Below, piece by piece: positions 45,925 to 61,094 of a stretch of DNA of 64,000 nucleotides; position 1 is the first letter of the stretch, and each line of letters begins with the position of its first letter. A model generated the notes under the pieces. The model ran no database searches, was not told the origin of the DNA, and saw nothing but the letters and a program-made list of their open reading frames with translations. Origin of the DNA: Eledone cirrhosa (lineage: Eukaryota); NCBI GenBank assembly GCA_964016885.1, contig OZ024740.1:111910001-111974000 (forward strand). The letters are read 5' to 3'. Both the position numbers and the translations under genes were made by a program.

Positions 45925-46380
45925 TGAGACAGTAAACAAAAACCAAAAAAAAGAACAACGTGGAAGCGAAGAGGCAGTACAAATGTTAATATTAGTTTCA
46001 CGCTTGAGTGTGGGTGGAAAAGTAAATAGCAACAACAAAGAGTACAGTTACGAAAGGTGTTAGGTATTAGGTTCACGCTTGAGAGTGAAGTGTGGGGGGA
46101 CGACGTTTCGGGCATAAACCCTTCATCAGGAGAATGGTGGGAAGGAGAGGAGTTCCGAGAGGGTGTGAGGGGAGTGGGGTGGAAAAACATTAAAATAACA
46201 AGAAAAAAATTAAGATGAAGGGGAAAATGGAGTGGATAGAGGGGGAGGGAGAGGGGAGAAGGAAATTGGGGGTCCGAGCGGGGAGGTTCGAAGGTGGGGT
46301 GTGAGTGTGTGTGTGTGTGTGTGTGTATGCGGGGATGTGAGTGTGAGAGTTTGGGGGTGAATGTATATATATATATATAT

Positions 46381-46762
46381 ATTAATAAAAGGAATTTCAA
46401 CTTTGTCTGATTTACTAGTTGTATTTACAATCCTTTAAAATTATAATGATATTATAATGAAATAGTATGGTAGAATATTAAATGTTATGTGTTAATTGAA
46501 CAAGTACTTTCATGCTTTCGCAATCTTCAGGTTCATATTCTGTGGTGACAGTCAAGTTTGCAATTTTCACAGTTGAAATTTACAAACTTGACTGTCACCA
46601 CAGAATATGAACCTGAAGATTGCGAAAGCATGAAAGTACTTGTTCAATTAACACTTAACATTTAATATTCTACCATACTATTTCATTATATTATCATTAT
46701 AATTTTAAAGGATTGTAAATAAAACGCGTAAATCAGACAAAGTTGAAATTCCTTTTATTAAT
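46381..46762. repeat. Foldback cassette (~180-bp arms) with HHRs at 46497-46535 (-) and 46608-46646 (+)
   Basis: tgaac-CTGAAGA-ttgc gaaa gcat-GAAA-gtac-TT-gttca is identical in both arms. Confidence 0.85.
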
Positions 46763-46798
46763 ATAATCTTCTATACACAAATCATACACACCCGTGTA

Positions 46799-46851
<53 letters not shown>

Positions 46852-46920
46852 TATAGAAATTACATGAATCAAAGTTCTGTTTAAACCATTTATTCGCTTA
46901 CAATTGTTTCTTCTTGAAGA

Positions 46921-46960
<40 letters not shown>

Positions 46961-47113
46961 ATAATAATACATTTGAAGACTAAAATCCAAAGAGGGCTCG
47001 ATAAGGATAAATACATATCAAATATATAAGAACCGTAGAGCTAATATTTATTAAAATAACATATTAAAGTTTAAGCAAAGAATCGCTGCTTTCACCCTTA
47101 ACGGGATTTTCTG

Positions 47114-47164
47114 AGTTTCAGAAGATCCCGTTAAAGGTGAAAGCAGCGATTCTTTGCTTAAACT
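47114..47164 (+). ncRNA. Family K hammerhead (CAGAAGA core) within foldback 46958-47185
   Basis: agttt-CAGAAGA-tcccgttaaaggt-GAAA-gca..tgc-TT-aaact. Confidence 0.65.
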
Positions 47165-47180
47165 TTAATCTGTTATTTTA

Positions 47181-47218
<38 letters not shown>

Positions 47219-48239
47219 GTATTGTATATTTAATAGTGTTTATTTAAAAACATTTTGATGGCCTTTCGCTATGAATTTAAGGTACTGACTATAGTCACAT
47301 GTCTATGTCTATAAGAATGCCACTACTGTGTGTGTACATATATTTATGTTTGTGTCTGCGACTATGTCCAGTAATTTAGAGGGTTGTCAAAAATGTTGTC
47401 GATAGAATAATGATCAGACTTGCAATATATGGGCTATAGTCGATATGATCAGCTTAATCAAGGTGGCGTATCAGCATAACTGCAGTTTAATGACTCAACT
47501 CTGTAGAACTGAACTATATTACAAATATATCGTACATTGAACTATATTACAAACATATCGTACATATACCGAAGTGTCAATGAAATATAAAATCTAGGCA
47601 AAATTTAATGTAGATATAAATACAATTTTTAAATTATAAGCTTTGCTAAGAAAAAGTAAAGAAGTGTAAAGTACTTGGTTGTTTTTCGTTTCTTTCGTTC
47701 ATAGAAAAATATAGGAAATGTAAGGAATACATATGCATGTTTCACACCTTATTGACCATTCATCAGAAATTTCAATCTATCCTTCCATATTTAAATAGAA
47801 CATGACTGAAATTGCCTGTCTAATTTACGCAAACTGAATTTGTTGGCAACATAACAAATTAAATAATAATTACATCTCTGCAAAGCACAGCATATATTAA
47901 AATATTAGATAAATTTAATGTAGCACTAACTACAGATTTATATTATACTTCTTGTTAGATGGCACACTAGTGCCGAACTAACAGCATACTGGTGGTGTTG
48001 TTGATGTAGTTGCTGATATGCTTGTAATGATGGTGTTTGCTGTATGGGTCATGGTGATCGTTGTGAATATTGATGTTGCTGTTGTAGTTTTGTGGATGTT
48101 GTTGTTGGTGGTGGTGGTGGTGGTGGTGGTGGTGGTGTTAGTGGTGGTGGCGGCGACGGTAAACGCTAGATTTTGTTGTGGTTTTTGTGTTTGTAGCTAT
48201 GGAAGTGGTTGCTGTTGTAATTGGTGTTGTGCGTATTGA

Positions 48240-48270
<31 letters not shown>

Positions 48271-48576
48271 GGTGGTGGTGGTGTTGTTAGTGGTGGTGGT
48301 GGCGACGGTAAACGTTAGATTTTGTTGCGATTTTTGTGTTTGTAGCTATGGAGGTGGTTGATGTTGTGATCGGTGTTGTGCGTATTGTTGCTGTTGTTGT
48401 TGTTTTCGTTGTTATCAGAAGCTATTCTTTCTTCTTTCTTAGTTATTAAAAATTGAAATAAGAATTTCGTTTACAGACAACATAACTAATGACAGTTCTT
48501 TTTATTTGTCTGTGCCCTTTCTCTCTCTCTTTCTCTCACAAACACATATATGATGTTTCTGCATCATACTTCAACC

Positions 48577-48618
<42 letters not shown>

Positions 48619-48676
48619 AATACATACATATATGCATATATATATATATATATATATATACAAATACATACATATA

Positions 48677-48753
<77 letters not shown>

Positions 48754-48819
48754 TTATAGTTAGATAGATAGATAGATAGATAGATACATACATACATACA
48801 TACATACATACATACATAC

Positions 48820-48910
<91 letters not shown>

Positions 48911-49512
48911 TGTATATATACATACATGCATACATACATATATGTTTCTATACCAGATAATGAATCAATACAGTGAACTAAATGAAGACAACAATAAACA
49001 CCATTTCCTCAACAACAACAATAACATGATCAACAGCAGCATCAGCAATATACCAACAACAACACCAATAACACCAGCAACAATAACCACAAAAAGCAAC
49101 AGCAACAGTAACACTAACAACAACACAAGCAGCAATAACAGAAAAAACTGTTGATGAATCTGAAGAATTCATTAAAGTTTTAGCTTTTGGAGACAGGGAG
49201 AGGAGAAGAATTTCCCCCAAATACATTGAAACGGTAAGGAACTGTTGAGAAGATTGTTAGAATGAATTTTTGGTTTTTCTTAAAATCTGGCACTGCGTCA
49301 GTTTTTTAATAATAATCTTGTAGGATTTCTAATACTTCACTCCCGCCCCCAAACATATCTACAACCATTGATATACGCTGTCAAACACACACACACATAT
49401 ATATATATAATAGATATAGATATATATATATAGATAGATATATATATATATATTATATATATATATACACACACACACACAAATGTGGTCATTTATATGT
49501 AACATATATATA

Positions 49513-49621
<109 letters not shown>

Positions 49622-50884
49622 GAGAGAGAGATAAACACATACATTTTTATATTCTTTTACTGGTTTCAGTTAGTTGGCTGCGGTTGTGTGTATGTACGTG
49701 TATTCATACATATCATTTTTGAATGTATTTTACATTCAATATAAATAGAATCCGCCGACCGACCGTCATACTAAGACGTACACATAAACACGCCCCCATA
49801 CATTGTCTCCTCATTCATTTAAACTGAAACACACCCACCCTCCCCTCTTCCACATTAATACATTACTACATGAATAAGTTATAACTGCTACAAAATTTGT
49901 ATTAAAGAAATATAAAAAGAAAATACTTCCTCTACAATTACACCTTCATTTCCACAGCAGAAATCATATATGTGAGTGTATATATGCATGTGTGTGTGGT
50001 GTTTGTGTGTGTATGTATATAAAGTTTATTACAGTCATATGTATCTTGGTTGACTGCTACTCGATTTTCACGAAGCCAATCGCTAATTCTTCCACCCTTT
50101 CTTTCTCACTCCTCTCAAACATTTGAATAATTTATCAAATGAACCAGTTGTAGAAAAATAGAAATATTTTGGTGTTCAAATAGCAATATCTATTTTAAGT
50201 TTTTATTGCTGTTGAAAGAGTGAAACATTAATATATAAGATGTATGTATATATTATGGAGTGTGAGTCGAGGACATATAGGAATACCTTCTAGATTCTGA
50301 GTAAAGGAATATTGTGTCGTAAGTGATTTGTATGTGTGAGATTTGGGAGTATCGTACGGTGTGAAGGAACATGGTTTTGTAGTTAGTGTATTTGTTTCGC
50401 TGTGGTGGTGCATTTTACTCTTGAGCAAGACACTTTATTTCAATTTTCTCCAGACAATTCAGCTAGAAAAACATTGGTCGTATAGGTAATTACAAACATT
50501 TCAAAAATTTCACATTCTACAATTCATGAGAACCTTTCCACCTCTCATTCTATCATCAGAACGTAACCTCTCTCTTAGCAAAACGATACCATTTTTATAT
50601 TAGCAATTGAGTAAACGTGTTAGGTCGCTGATATTTTTCAAGTACGTACAGGAGAGCAGGAATTGAATTCAGAACGCAAAGACCTGGAACAAACATCACG
50701 AGACATCTTGTCTGACACTCTAATACTTACGGCAACATCCTAGTCCCTTACTTTATATATCGACCCGTAAGTTTGAAAAGAAAAGTTAAAGAAGGATTTG
50801 AATTCAGATTGATGTCCGAGACCTTGAACAATTATCGAGGCAAAGTATATAACTAAACGATGAGTGTTGCTGTTGTTTGATCAA

Positions 50885-51088
50885 CAAAACAACCCGCTCG
50901 TGAAATGAACATGCACGTGGCTGTGCATTCCACAGACATGTGTACTCTTAATATAGTTCTTAGGGAGATTCAGCATGGCTTAGTTTGTGACAAAACTACC
51001 CTTTGAATTACAGCTGTAATTCCTTTTTGTTAGCTGAGTGGATTGGAGCAACAAGAAATAGAATGTCTTGCTCAAGGACACAACACGC
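50885..51088 (-). mobile_element. Family 2 SINE body and tail, degenerate
   Basis: Minus strand GTGTTGTGTCCTTGAGCAAGACATT... Confidence 0.55.
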
Positions 51089-51099
51089 TATTATTACTA

Positions 51100-52450
51100 T
51101 GGTTGTACTGGTATTGTTGTGGCTGATATTGTTGTGAACGTTGTTTATATTGTTGTTGCTAGTGTGGTGGTGTGGTTGTTAGTGGTGGTGTGGTTGTTAT
51201 TGTTGGTGGTGGTGGTGTGGTCGTTGTTGTTATTATTGGTGGTGGTGATGTGGTAATGTGGTCGTTGTTGTTATTAGTGGTAGTGTGGTCGTTGTTGTTG
51301 GTTGTGTGGTCGTTGTTAGTGGCGGTGTGGTTGTTATTGTTGTTGCTGGAGGTTGCGTGGTCGTTTTTGTTGTTAGTGGTAGTATGGTTGTTATTGTTGT
51401 TGATGTTTGGTGTGGTCGTCTTCGTTGTTAGTGGTGGTATGGTTGTTATTGATGGTGGTGGTTATGTGGTCGTTGTTAGTGGCGGTGTGGTTGTTATTGT
51501 TGTTCTTAGTGGTGGGCTGGTTGTTGTTGTTGTTGGTTGTGTGGTCGTTGTTAGTGGTGGTATGGTTGTTATTGATGGTGGTGGTTATGTGGTCATTGTT
51601 GTTGTTATAGTTGTTGGTGGTTGTGTGGTCATTGTTGTTGTTAGTGGTAGTGTGGTCGTTGTTGTTGTTGTTGTTGTTGGTTGTGTGGTCGTTGTTGTTG
51701 TTGTTGGTTGTGTGGTCGTTGTTGTTGTTGTTGGTTGTGTGGTCGTTGTTAGTGGTGGTGTGGTTGTTATAGTTGTTGGTGGTTGTGTGGTTGTTATAGT
51801 TGTTGCTGGTTGTGTGGTTGTTGTTGTTATTAGTGGTCGTGTGGTCGTTGTTGTTGTTGTTGTTGGTTGTGTGGTTCTTGTTAGTGGTGGTGTGGTTGTT
51901 ATAGTTGTTGGTGTTATTAGTGGTCGTGTGGTCGTTGTTGTTGTTGTTGTTGGTTGTGTGGTCGTTGTTAGTGGTGGTGTGGTTGTTATAGTTGTTGGTG
52001 GTTGTGTGGTTGTTATAGTTGTTGTTGTTGTTATTAGTGGTAGTGCGGTCGTTGTTGTTGTTGTTGTTGGTTGTGTGGTTCTTGTTAGTGGTAGTGTGGT
52101 TGTTATAGTTGTTGGTGTTATTAGTGGTCGTGTGGTCGTTGTTGTTGTTGTTGTTGGTTGTGTGGTCGTTGTTAGTGGTGGTGTGGTTGTTATAGTTGTT
52201 GGTGGTTGTGTGGTTGTTATAGTTGTTGTTGGTTGTGTGGTTGTTATTGTTATCAGTGGTAGTGTGGTCGTTGTTGTTGTTGTTGTTGGTTGTGTGGTCG
52301 TTGTTAGTGGTGGTGTGGTTGTTATAGTTGTTGGTGGTTGTGTGGTTGTTATAGTTGTTGCTGGTTGTGTGGTTGTTGTTGTTATTAGTGGTCGTGTGGT
52401 CGTTGTTAATATTTGTATCGATGTTATTATTGTTGTTGGTCCTATTGTTA
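51100..52450. repeat. Degenerate (GTT/GGT)n higher-order trinucleotide satellite
   Basis: Recurrent GTGTGGTCGTTGTT and AGTGGTGGTGTGGTTGTTATAGTT modules. Confidence 0.85.
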
Positions 52451-52658
52451 GTGCTGTCATGTTCTATAAGCAATAAATCATTCATATTTCCTAAAAACAT
52501 TTCTATACTCAACTGAATGAAGAGCTATTCATGTTTGCCCATGCTTACTAATAATATACTGGGAAAGACTAAAGAGAAAAACCACAGGCACACACAAATA
52601 TACATGAATGTATGTGTATATATGTTTGTGGGAGGGTGTATACAAACATATATGCCTA

Positions 52659-52763
<105 letters not shown>

Positions 52764-52880
52764 TCTTGCTTATGAAACTGTTGCTATCTCAGGTTCTTGT
52801 CGTACGCCTGATCGAGATCAAATATTAGTTTCCTGGGCCCTCCTCAGAGAAGTCGACAACTTGGGGCCCATGTTTGTATA

Positions 52881-52911
<31 letters not shown>

Positions 52912-52921
52912 GTGTATGTGT

Positions 52922-52958
<37 letters not shown>

Positions 52959-53087
52959 AAATTGGGACTGAACCTTCTGGAGAAATATAACTACGAATCC
53001 ATTGTAGAACCGATGGGTTTATTTATGTCACAATGCTTGTCATGTGTATATTTGTTTAGCGTTATCATAAAAACATTACTCGTTATA

Positions 53088-53120
<33 letters not shown>

Positions 53121-53121
53121 T

Positions 53122-53158
<37 letters not shown>

Positions 53159-53390
53159 CATATATATGTATATATACATATATATGTATATATACATATA
53201 TATGTATATATACTGACGAAGTATTCTTTCTTCTTCTTCTTTTCTCCTCTTGATCCGTCCTAACCACCATCCTAAACCTTGTTTTTAGTAACCACACAGT
53301 TCCTTTCGTTTCGTATCATTTTATATATATATATATACCGTATATATATATATACACACATATATATATATATATATACATATACCGTAA

Positions 53391-53437
<47 letters not shown>

Positions 53438-53456
53438 CATATATATATATATATAT

Positions 53457-53507
<51 letters not shown>

Positions 53508-53566
53508 CATATATATATACATACATATATATATATATATATATACATACATATATATATATATAT

Positions 53567-53730
<164 letters not shown>

Positions 53731-54060
53731 GTATATATATACATATATGTGTATGTATATATGTATGTATATATATATATATATATATTGGTAAACGGAA
53801 TAGAAAATGCTGACAAATTGTTCACAGTTGAAAAATGGTTTAATTAGGAATAAAAGAGTATTAGTAATTCTATGGGTTAGTATTCAGTTGTGGTTTTAAG
53901 TTTTTAAGTTTTTACCAGTTGCGCATTTCTAAATGCTTTTCAAAAATAATTTTGAGATAGAGTGTCCGTGTTGTTTGCTCTGATCAGAGCAAAAATTTGT
54001 CAGCATTTTCTATTCCGTTTACCAATATATAATAACTTGTGTGTTACACCTCTATTCTTT

Positions 54061-54096
<36 letters not shown>

Positions 54097-54101
<5 letters not shown>

Positions 54102-54291
54102 ATACTTTGGTAAGGTTATGTTGCCAATAAGAAACACACGCACCAGTTGCTTTCACTTCAAATTTATTATAAATTAAATTATAAATAAAAAATAAAAAAA
54201 TTATAAATTTCCGGTTGGTTCGGTGGTTCCACAACCGGACGGTTGTTCATATATTGACTAAGTTCTTTCGTCACACATTCTGTGACCTCAT
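54097..54291 (-). mobile_element. Solo pLTR related to the PLE at 39178-42070, truncated in the HHR core
   Basis: Homologous to 39178-39369; ends at TCATCA and then (TA)n. Confidence 0.8.
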
Positions 54292-54316
54292 CATATATAT
54301 ATATCATATATATATG

Positions 54317-54398
<82 letters not shown>

Positions 54399-54556
54399 TA
54401 TACATATATATATATGTGTGTGCGTGTGTGTGTAAAAACAGAGGTTCCTCTACTTTTCCACTTTTACTAATATATTCACTATGCATAATAAAATGTATCG
54501 AGTACTGCTTTGATTTGTGGTGTTCCCGGTCCAAGTACCGCAGACTATCAATATAT

Positions 54557-54660
54557 ATCGAGGTTAACTTTGCATTTCATCCTTACGGGGTCGATAAAAT
54601 AAAGTACCAGTAATACACTGGAATAATTGCTGGCCTTGTGTGCCAAAAGTAGAAACAAAT
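54557..54660 (+). mobile_element. Family 1 SINE, 3' half
   Basis: GAGGTTAACTTTGCATTTCATCCTTACGGGGTCGATAAAATAAAGTACCAG. Confidence 0.75.
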
Positions 54661-54796
54661 ATATATATAAACAATCTAGTTTTAGAACCGATGAGTTGAT
54701 AGGAAGTTTAGAACTCAAAGAAGCAAATTTTGACTGAAAATTAATCGAATACGTTGGGCGTATAAGACGCAAGAGACAGAAAAAGAAACGGCCAGC

Positions 54797-54856
<60 letters not shown>

Positions 54857-54863
54857 ATATATA

Positions 54864-54896
<33 letters not shown>

Positions 54897-55090
54897 AAAA
54901 GGTAAACAGAAATAACAACACAATCGGTACAGTATATGGAAGGAATATATTAGGTTAACGGCTTGAAATAGAAGGAAGCTAGCCCTTCATCAGAAGAAAG
55001 AATGAGAAATAAGATAGATTGAAGGGACCAGCGGGCTGCGATTGAAAAAAATGTCTTTAGATAAAAATAACAGGTTCATTCATGTTGACA

Positions 55091-55167
<77 letters not shown>

Positions 55168-55170
<3 letters not shown>

Positions 55171-55359
55171 AACCAGTAGGACCCCGACGGCTGAGCTCAA
55201 GCCGTTTCGACGGCTAATTCTGAGTCCAGAATTAGCCGTCGAAATGGTTTGAGCTCAGCCGTCGGGGTCCTACTCGTTCCTATTGCCCACTCTACTACCC
55301 TAAGTATTGAGTACTTTGGTGCGTTATGGTCCATCTGGTTCCTTACCACATTTCCTTCG

Positions 55360-55360
<1 letters not shown>
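55168..55360. repeat. Foldback pLTR-like cassette (family P variant)
   Basis: ggaccccgacggctgagctcaagccgtttcgacggctaattctg mirrored around ~55225; (TA)n flanks. Confidence 0.75.
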
Positions 55361-55423
<63 letters not shown>

Positions 55424-55619
55424 GGAAAAATGAAACGAAATTTCATTTCCCACTCTTAGTACGGCTGTTACTTAAATATAAGTATGTACACGTACATACA
55501 TATATGTATACAGACGTACAGTAGTATGGATATATATATATACATACATGCACACATATATATATGTACGTATGGATTTACCGAACATTTATTATAATGC
55601 TCGGTGTGTTTGTAAACAC

Positions 55620-55707
<88 letters not shown>

Positions 55708-55899
55708 TTTAGATTTGTTAGTTCACCACTGGACAGAACTGGTCATTCCGTATAGTAAACCTTCATGTAATATTATGGAGAGCACTCGTCGTAATGCCAC
55801 TCACCTGTCTTCGTTTGTGTTGTTGGCGGTGCGAGTAAGGAGTTAATTATTATAAAATAACAGGAGGCTGGACTGGTATAATTCCTTAAAAGGTTTATT

Positions 55900-55957
55900 A
55901 TACTATGATCATTTCAATGACCGGGTTCAGTATGAATCCGGTGACATCATCAGGTAT
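55900..55957 (-). ncRNA. Type I hammerhead ribozyme
   Basis: atac-CTGATGA-tgtca ccggattca..gaacccgg tcatt-GAAA-tgatca-TA-gtat. Confidence 0.7.
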
Positions 55958-56060
55958 TCGAAATTTAACAAAGGAATATAATAGACAAAATCCATGGTGC
56001 TGAAAAGCAGAGACAGGAGGGCGGCCGATCATTTAGCAGCTTCTAGCCCGGTCAGCCGCC

Positions 56061-56102
<42 letters not shown>

Positions 56103-56108
<6 letters not shown>

Positions 56109-56640
56109 GATAAGCAGAACAAGTAAAATTCAATCAATTTTTCAAAATACATTAAAAATATATAATATAAATATTTACCTCTCCTAGTGGCCCTTACTGA
56201 TCAGTTTCGCTTTGTAAAACCTCATAAATCCGATGGATTTATGATGGAAAACCAAAGCTCATCAGAGAATCATTTTCCCTTCCTAGGGCTAAACGTCCCA
56301 GGAACGACAAAATATACAACCTCCTGCCAGCTAATAAAGGTCTGAAAGGTCGTAAAATTGACCCGTATGTAAACTGGACCGAAGTAAAAGCGGGAAAATC
56401 AAAGACTTGCTGTCTACAATTACTACTAAAAAAATAGCAGCCAAGTAGAGCAACAGGATTGTTCTCAACGGACGGAGAAAAAGGTAGAAGTTAATATGTC
56501 CAGGGATACTAGGTACCCCTAGAAATACATAGGTTGTCTATGATTCAAGGTTGTTCAATGGTGTTAATTTGATACACCAGAACTTTAATATTAAGATAAG
56601 CAGAACAAGTAAAATTCAATCAATTTTTCAAAATACATTA
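56103..56640 (-). mobile_element. Terminally redundant non-coding HHR element (486-bp unit plus ~52-bp repeat); HHR at 56191-56269
   Basis: TATTAAGATAAGCAGAACAAG...AATACATTA at 56103 and 56589; ttct-CTGATGA-gctttg...caaagc-GAAA-ctgatcag-TA-aggg. Confidence 0.75.
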
Positions 56641-56692
56641 TATATACATACATACATACATACATACATACATACATACATACATACATACA

Positions 56693-56721
<29 letters not shown>

Positions 56722-56723
<2 letters not shown>

Positions 56724-57201
56724 GGCACTAAGGAATACTGGTGGAACCTGAAAATAAAAACTGCCACCAAATTAAAGCACAACCGGCCTGATATTGTTGT
56801 TTGGGACCACAGATTGAAAACGTATTCTGTTGTGGAGATCAGCTGCCCACTTGATGTAAACGTTGTCAGAAAAATACAGGAGAAGGAGGACATCTACGGG
56901 GACCATTGATGAGGAGTTTACAAATCCAGTATCCAAGATACACCTTTAGCTTCATACCCATCATTATTGGAGCTACGGGTTATATACCAACCCGCTTGGA
57001 CCAAAGTATGACTGAACTTGGATTTGCGGACAAAAAGTGCAGCTCCCTAATTCACAGTCTACAAATGGCTGCGATAGCTGGCACCTTCAAAATTTGCAAA
57101 ACATTCTTGCGATTCAAGGGATGACAATTTCTTTTCTTTTACGACCTTGCCACCAGGAAGGTGGCCGGTCAAAGAAATATACTCGAAATTAAGAGAAAGA
57201 G
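56722..57201 (+). pseudogene. 3' part of an R4/Dong-like non-LTR element (restriction-like endonuclease)
   Basis: KHNRPDIVVWD...VVEISCPLD.NV..KIQEKEDIY (PD..E..K-Y) then FIPIIIGATG...KICKTFL; preceded by a long (TACA)n tract. Confidence 0.8.
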
Positions 57202-57396
57202 ATAACATATATACATACATGATACATACAGATGGAGAAAGAGAAGAAACATTACAACCGACGAGACCTCGAGGTCACTGCCATTTTTTTCTTGAAAAAT
57301 ACTATATTTACTCTGCCTCGTGTATTGGATACTCATTCGTTAATGTTTGGTTGTATCAATGTATGATTATACACCCCCATTAATGTATAGTAGTAA

Positions 57397-57478
<82 letters not shown>

Positions 57479-57491
57479 GGTGGTGCTGGTT

Positions 57492-57535
<44 letters not shown>

Positions 57536-57808
57536 TCAGTTATATACATTATTCCCGTTTATTCCTTCTCTCTACCTGTAGATATTGTAAACCACCCTTC
57601 CCACTAATTTCCACCTTCTCTCCTCTTTCAGCCATCTTCCTTTCCTCAATAATTTCCCTCATCCACCTATATACTCCTCCTACTCCTCACCTCAACACCC
57701 CACACACACTGTCTCACTTCATTAGCTCCTCTAGTTCATCTCATCGGAGGAGTGGGAGAGGGTATCTCCGTCATCATACACGCACACATACACACACGCA
57801 CACACACA

Positions 57809-57886
<78 letters not shown>

Positions 57887-58246
57887 AACCCATACACGCA
57901 CACACACGCACACACGTACACACACACACACTCACACACACACACATATATATATATATACACCCATACACGTACACCACACATACGCAAACAAATATAT
58001 ACATACACGTACACATAAATGCACACATACACACAACGACACAAGACCTGAGTCATCTATATAGAATGCCCCATCCACTTTCTTCATCTCTTCTGATAAA
58101 CACCACAGCCATCATCATCACTAACACAACCACCAGTAACACGCCCGCCTTTCCATAATAACCGCCATTGCCATCATTGCCTTCCCTCAACCGTTAACGC
58201 CATCACTACCACTTCTACCACCACCACCATCACCAGATCTATAGCG

Positions 58247-58446
58247 NNNNNNNNNNNNNNNNNNNNNNNNNNNNNNNNNNNNNNNNNNNNNNNNNNNNNN
58301 NNNNNNNNNNNNNNNNNNNNNNNNNNNNNNNNNNNNNNNNNNNNNNNNNNNNNNNNNNNNNNNNNNNNNNNNNNNNNNNNNNNNNNNNNNNNNNNNNNNN
58401 NNNNNNNNNNNNNNNNNNNNNNNNNNNNNNNNNNNNNNNNNNNNNN
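58247..58446. other. Assembly gap (200 N)
   Basis: Run of n characters. Confidence 1.
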
Positions 58447-59043
58447 GGCGATTTAGCGATCTCTTTCTCTTTCTCTTAGTCTTTCTCTTTTTAGATAGAT
58501 ACATAGATATGACGTCGCGCCTTCATAATATCTGTCTGTATGCCTGACTGTCTGCATTACGTCATTATGACGCGATCAGTGTGTGTGTGTATATATATTC
58601 TTATGCCAGGGAACGTCTTCACGAACCAAAGTATCTTCTTCTTGTTTTCCAGATTGATTTTTTTAGTTTAAGAAGATCCCGTTAAGGTTGAAAGCAACGA
58701 TTCTTTGCTTAAACATTAATATGTTATTTTAATATAGATATTCGTGTACAGATATTTTTGCATACACAAAAACAAAATATAAACAAACAAGGCCAAAGAT
58801 TACATCAATTAGTCTTAGTGTATGTACTTCATACTGCTTTTAGGTAGAATATCCCGTTAAGGGTAAAAGCAGTGATTCTTTGCTTAAACTTTAGTCTGTT
58901 ATTTTAATATATATATATATATAATTATATATTTATGGACAGATATTTTTGCATACACAATAACAAAATATAAACAAACGTATTTATTTCACGAGGTTCG
59001 ATAAGGATAAATATATATCAAATATATAAGAACCCTATAGCAA

Positions 59044-59075
59044 ATCCCGAGCAACGCCGGGCCATTCTGCTAGTA
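59044..59075 (+). mobile_element. Helitron-like 3' terminus
   Basis: Hairpin CCCGAGCAACGCCGGG, a short spacer, then CTAG followed by T and (TA)n. Confidence 0.5.
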
Positions 59076-59707
59076 TATATATACAAATGGAAGTTGAGTA
59101 GAATCGAAGCTCTGGCTGTGGCCAAGCTGACGAATGCAATCCGGAATGTGCAGCTAAGCACTCAATATGGAAGTTTCACCTTAGAGTAATAACATACGTT
59201 TAGACAGCATGACAAATTGAAGACTGCGCCCGGTGAGCCAGCCGCAAGGACCAAAGCAACGAGTAAACCAACTGAGGAAAATTTGACAAACCTGCACCAT
59301 CGCGTCGATAGTAAGCAATATCTCCGGTAGGTTTCTGTGAAATCCGAATTAAACAAATCCACTTGCGGAGTATGCAAGTTTTTGATTTTGGATGATCGAA
59401 CAGAAGGTTCACTTTATCAACAGGGTTCCGTTCTGTGCCGCGGCCGGGTGTGTATTATAGCAGTAAGAATGCTGGCAGTCACGTGGTTTTCCCAAAGGGA
59501 GGTAACCCCCGGTTTTGGAGGTCAAAATTCAAATTTTGAACAAAGGAATAAATTCCTTTCCACAAATTGAATAAAGGTCTCGGCCAGACGTTATTGAACA
59601 AACATAAATAATTAACCAATCAATAGAATTGTCTAATTAAATTACTTGATGGCTGTCGTTAGGGAATAGTATCCAGAAATTGATTTTTTTTATATTTAAT
59701 TGTTTTA

Positions 59708-59778
<71 letters not shown>

Positions 59779-59814
59779 TATATATACATCTGTATATATA
59801 TATATATATGTATG

Positions 59815-59877
<63 letters not shown>

Positions 59878-59883
59878 TGTGTA

Positions 59884-60484
<601 letters not shown>

Positions 60485-61029
60485 GTTAGCCTCTTCCTCA
60501 CCTCACCCTTCACTCACTCATTCTCTGTCACTACCTCTCCTCCTCCTCCTCTTTCTTCCCGTTTGACCTGTGAGTAACTCTTTTCTCTCACATTCTCGGC
60601 CAAGCTGGTCGGAATTTTTTTTTTTTTTTTCTCTCTCGTCTACGATTTCACAGAACTTATGTTTACCGAATTCGCAGACCAGACCCCTTCTTCCTCCCGT
60701 TAGACCTGTGCGAAATTCCTTCCTTGCTCACATTTCAACCAGGTTTGATGGTCTTTATTCTCTCGTTCACGATTTCACCGAACTTAAATTCATAGAAATC
60801 TGGGACTTGTCTCCTTCTTCCTCACTTTCTGTTGCCTCACCATTTTGTTTGTTTACCCTCGCGTCCCCTTTATTTACGTGTCCCAACTACTTTTTTTAGC
60901 CGTTGCTTGCACCAACCGGAGGTATATGGTCTTTAAAGCGATGAAATGCCTATGATAGTTGGAAGATCACTGATGAAGGACAAACTTTTTTCATATGTAA
61001 CCCATTTGCAACTCCGCAGCGCCCTTATT

Positions 61030-61094
<65 letters not shown>

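Noticed and set aside
46102-46135. Minus-strand CTGATGA-agggtttatgccc-GAAA-cgTC
   Set aside because: The core is perfect but stem I does not pair convincingly; probably a decayed HHR
47725-47770. Minus-strand CTGATGA...GAAACATGCATA
   Set aside because: Neither stem I nor stem II pairs
49150-49240. Possible short exon (DESEEFIKVLAFGDRERRRISPKYIET followed by GTAAGG)
   Set aside because: No recognisable homology and no clear acceptor site; cannot be supported from sequence alone
51172-52512. 434-aa Val-rich, 373-aa Asn/Thr-rich and 291-aa mucin-like Thr-rich ORFs
   Set aside because: Overlapping open frames on both strands of a (GTT/GGT) satellite; no non-repetitive domain or clear splice context
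60965-61000. CTGATGA motif (similar CTGACGA at ~53213 and ~59127)
   Set aside because: No downstream GAAA or stem III at a plausible distance
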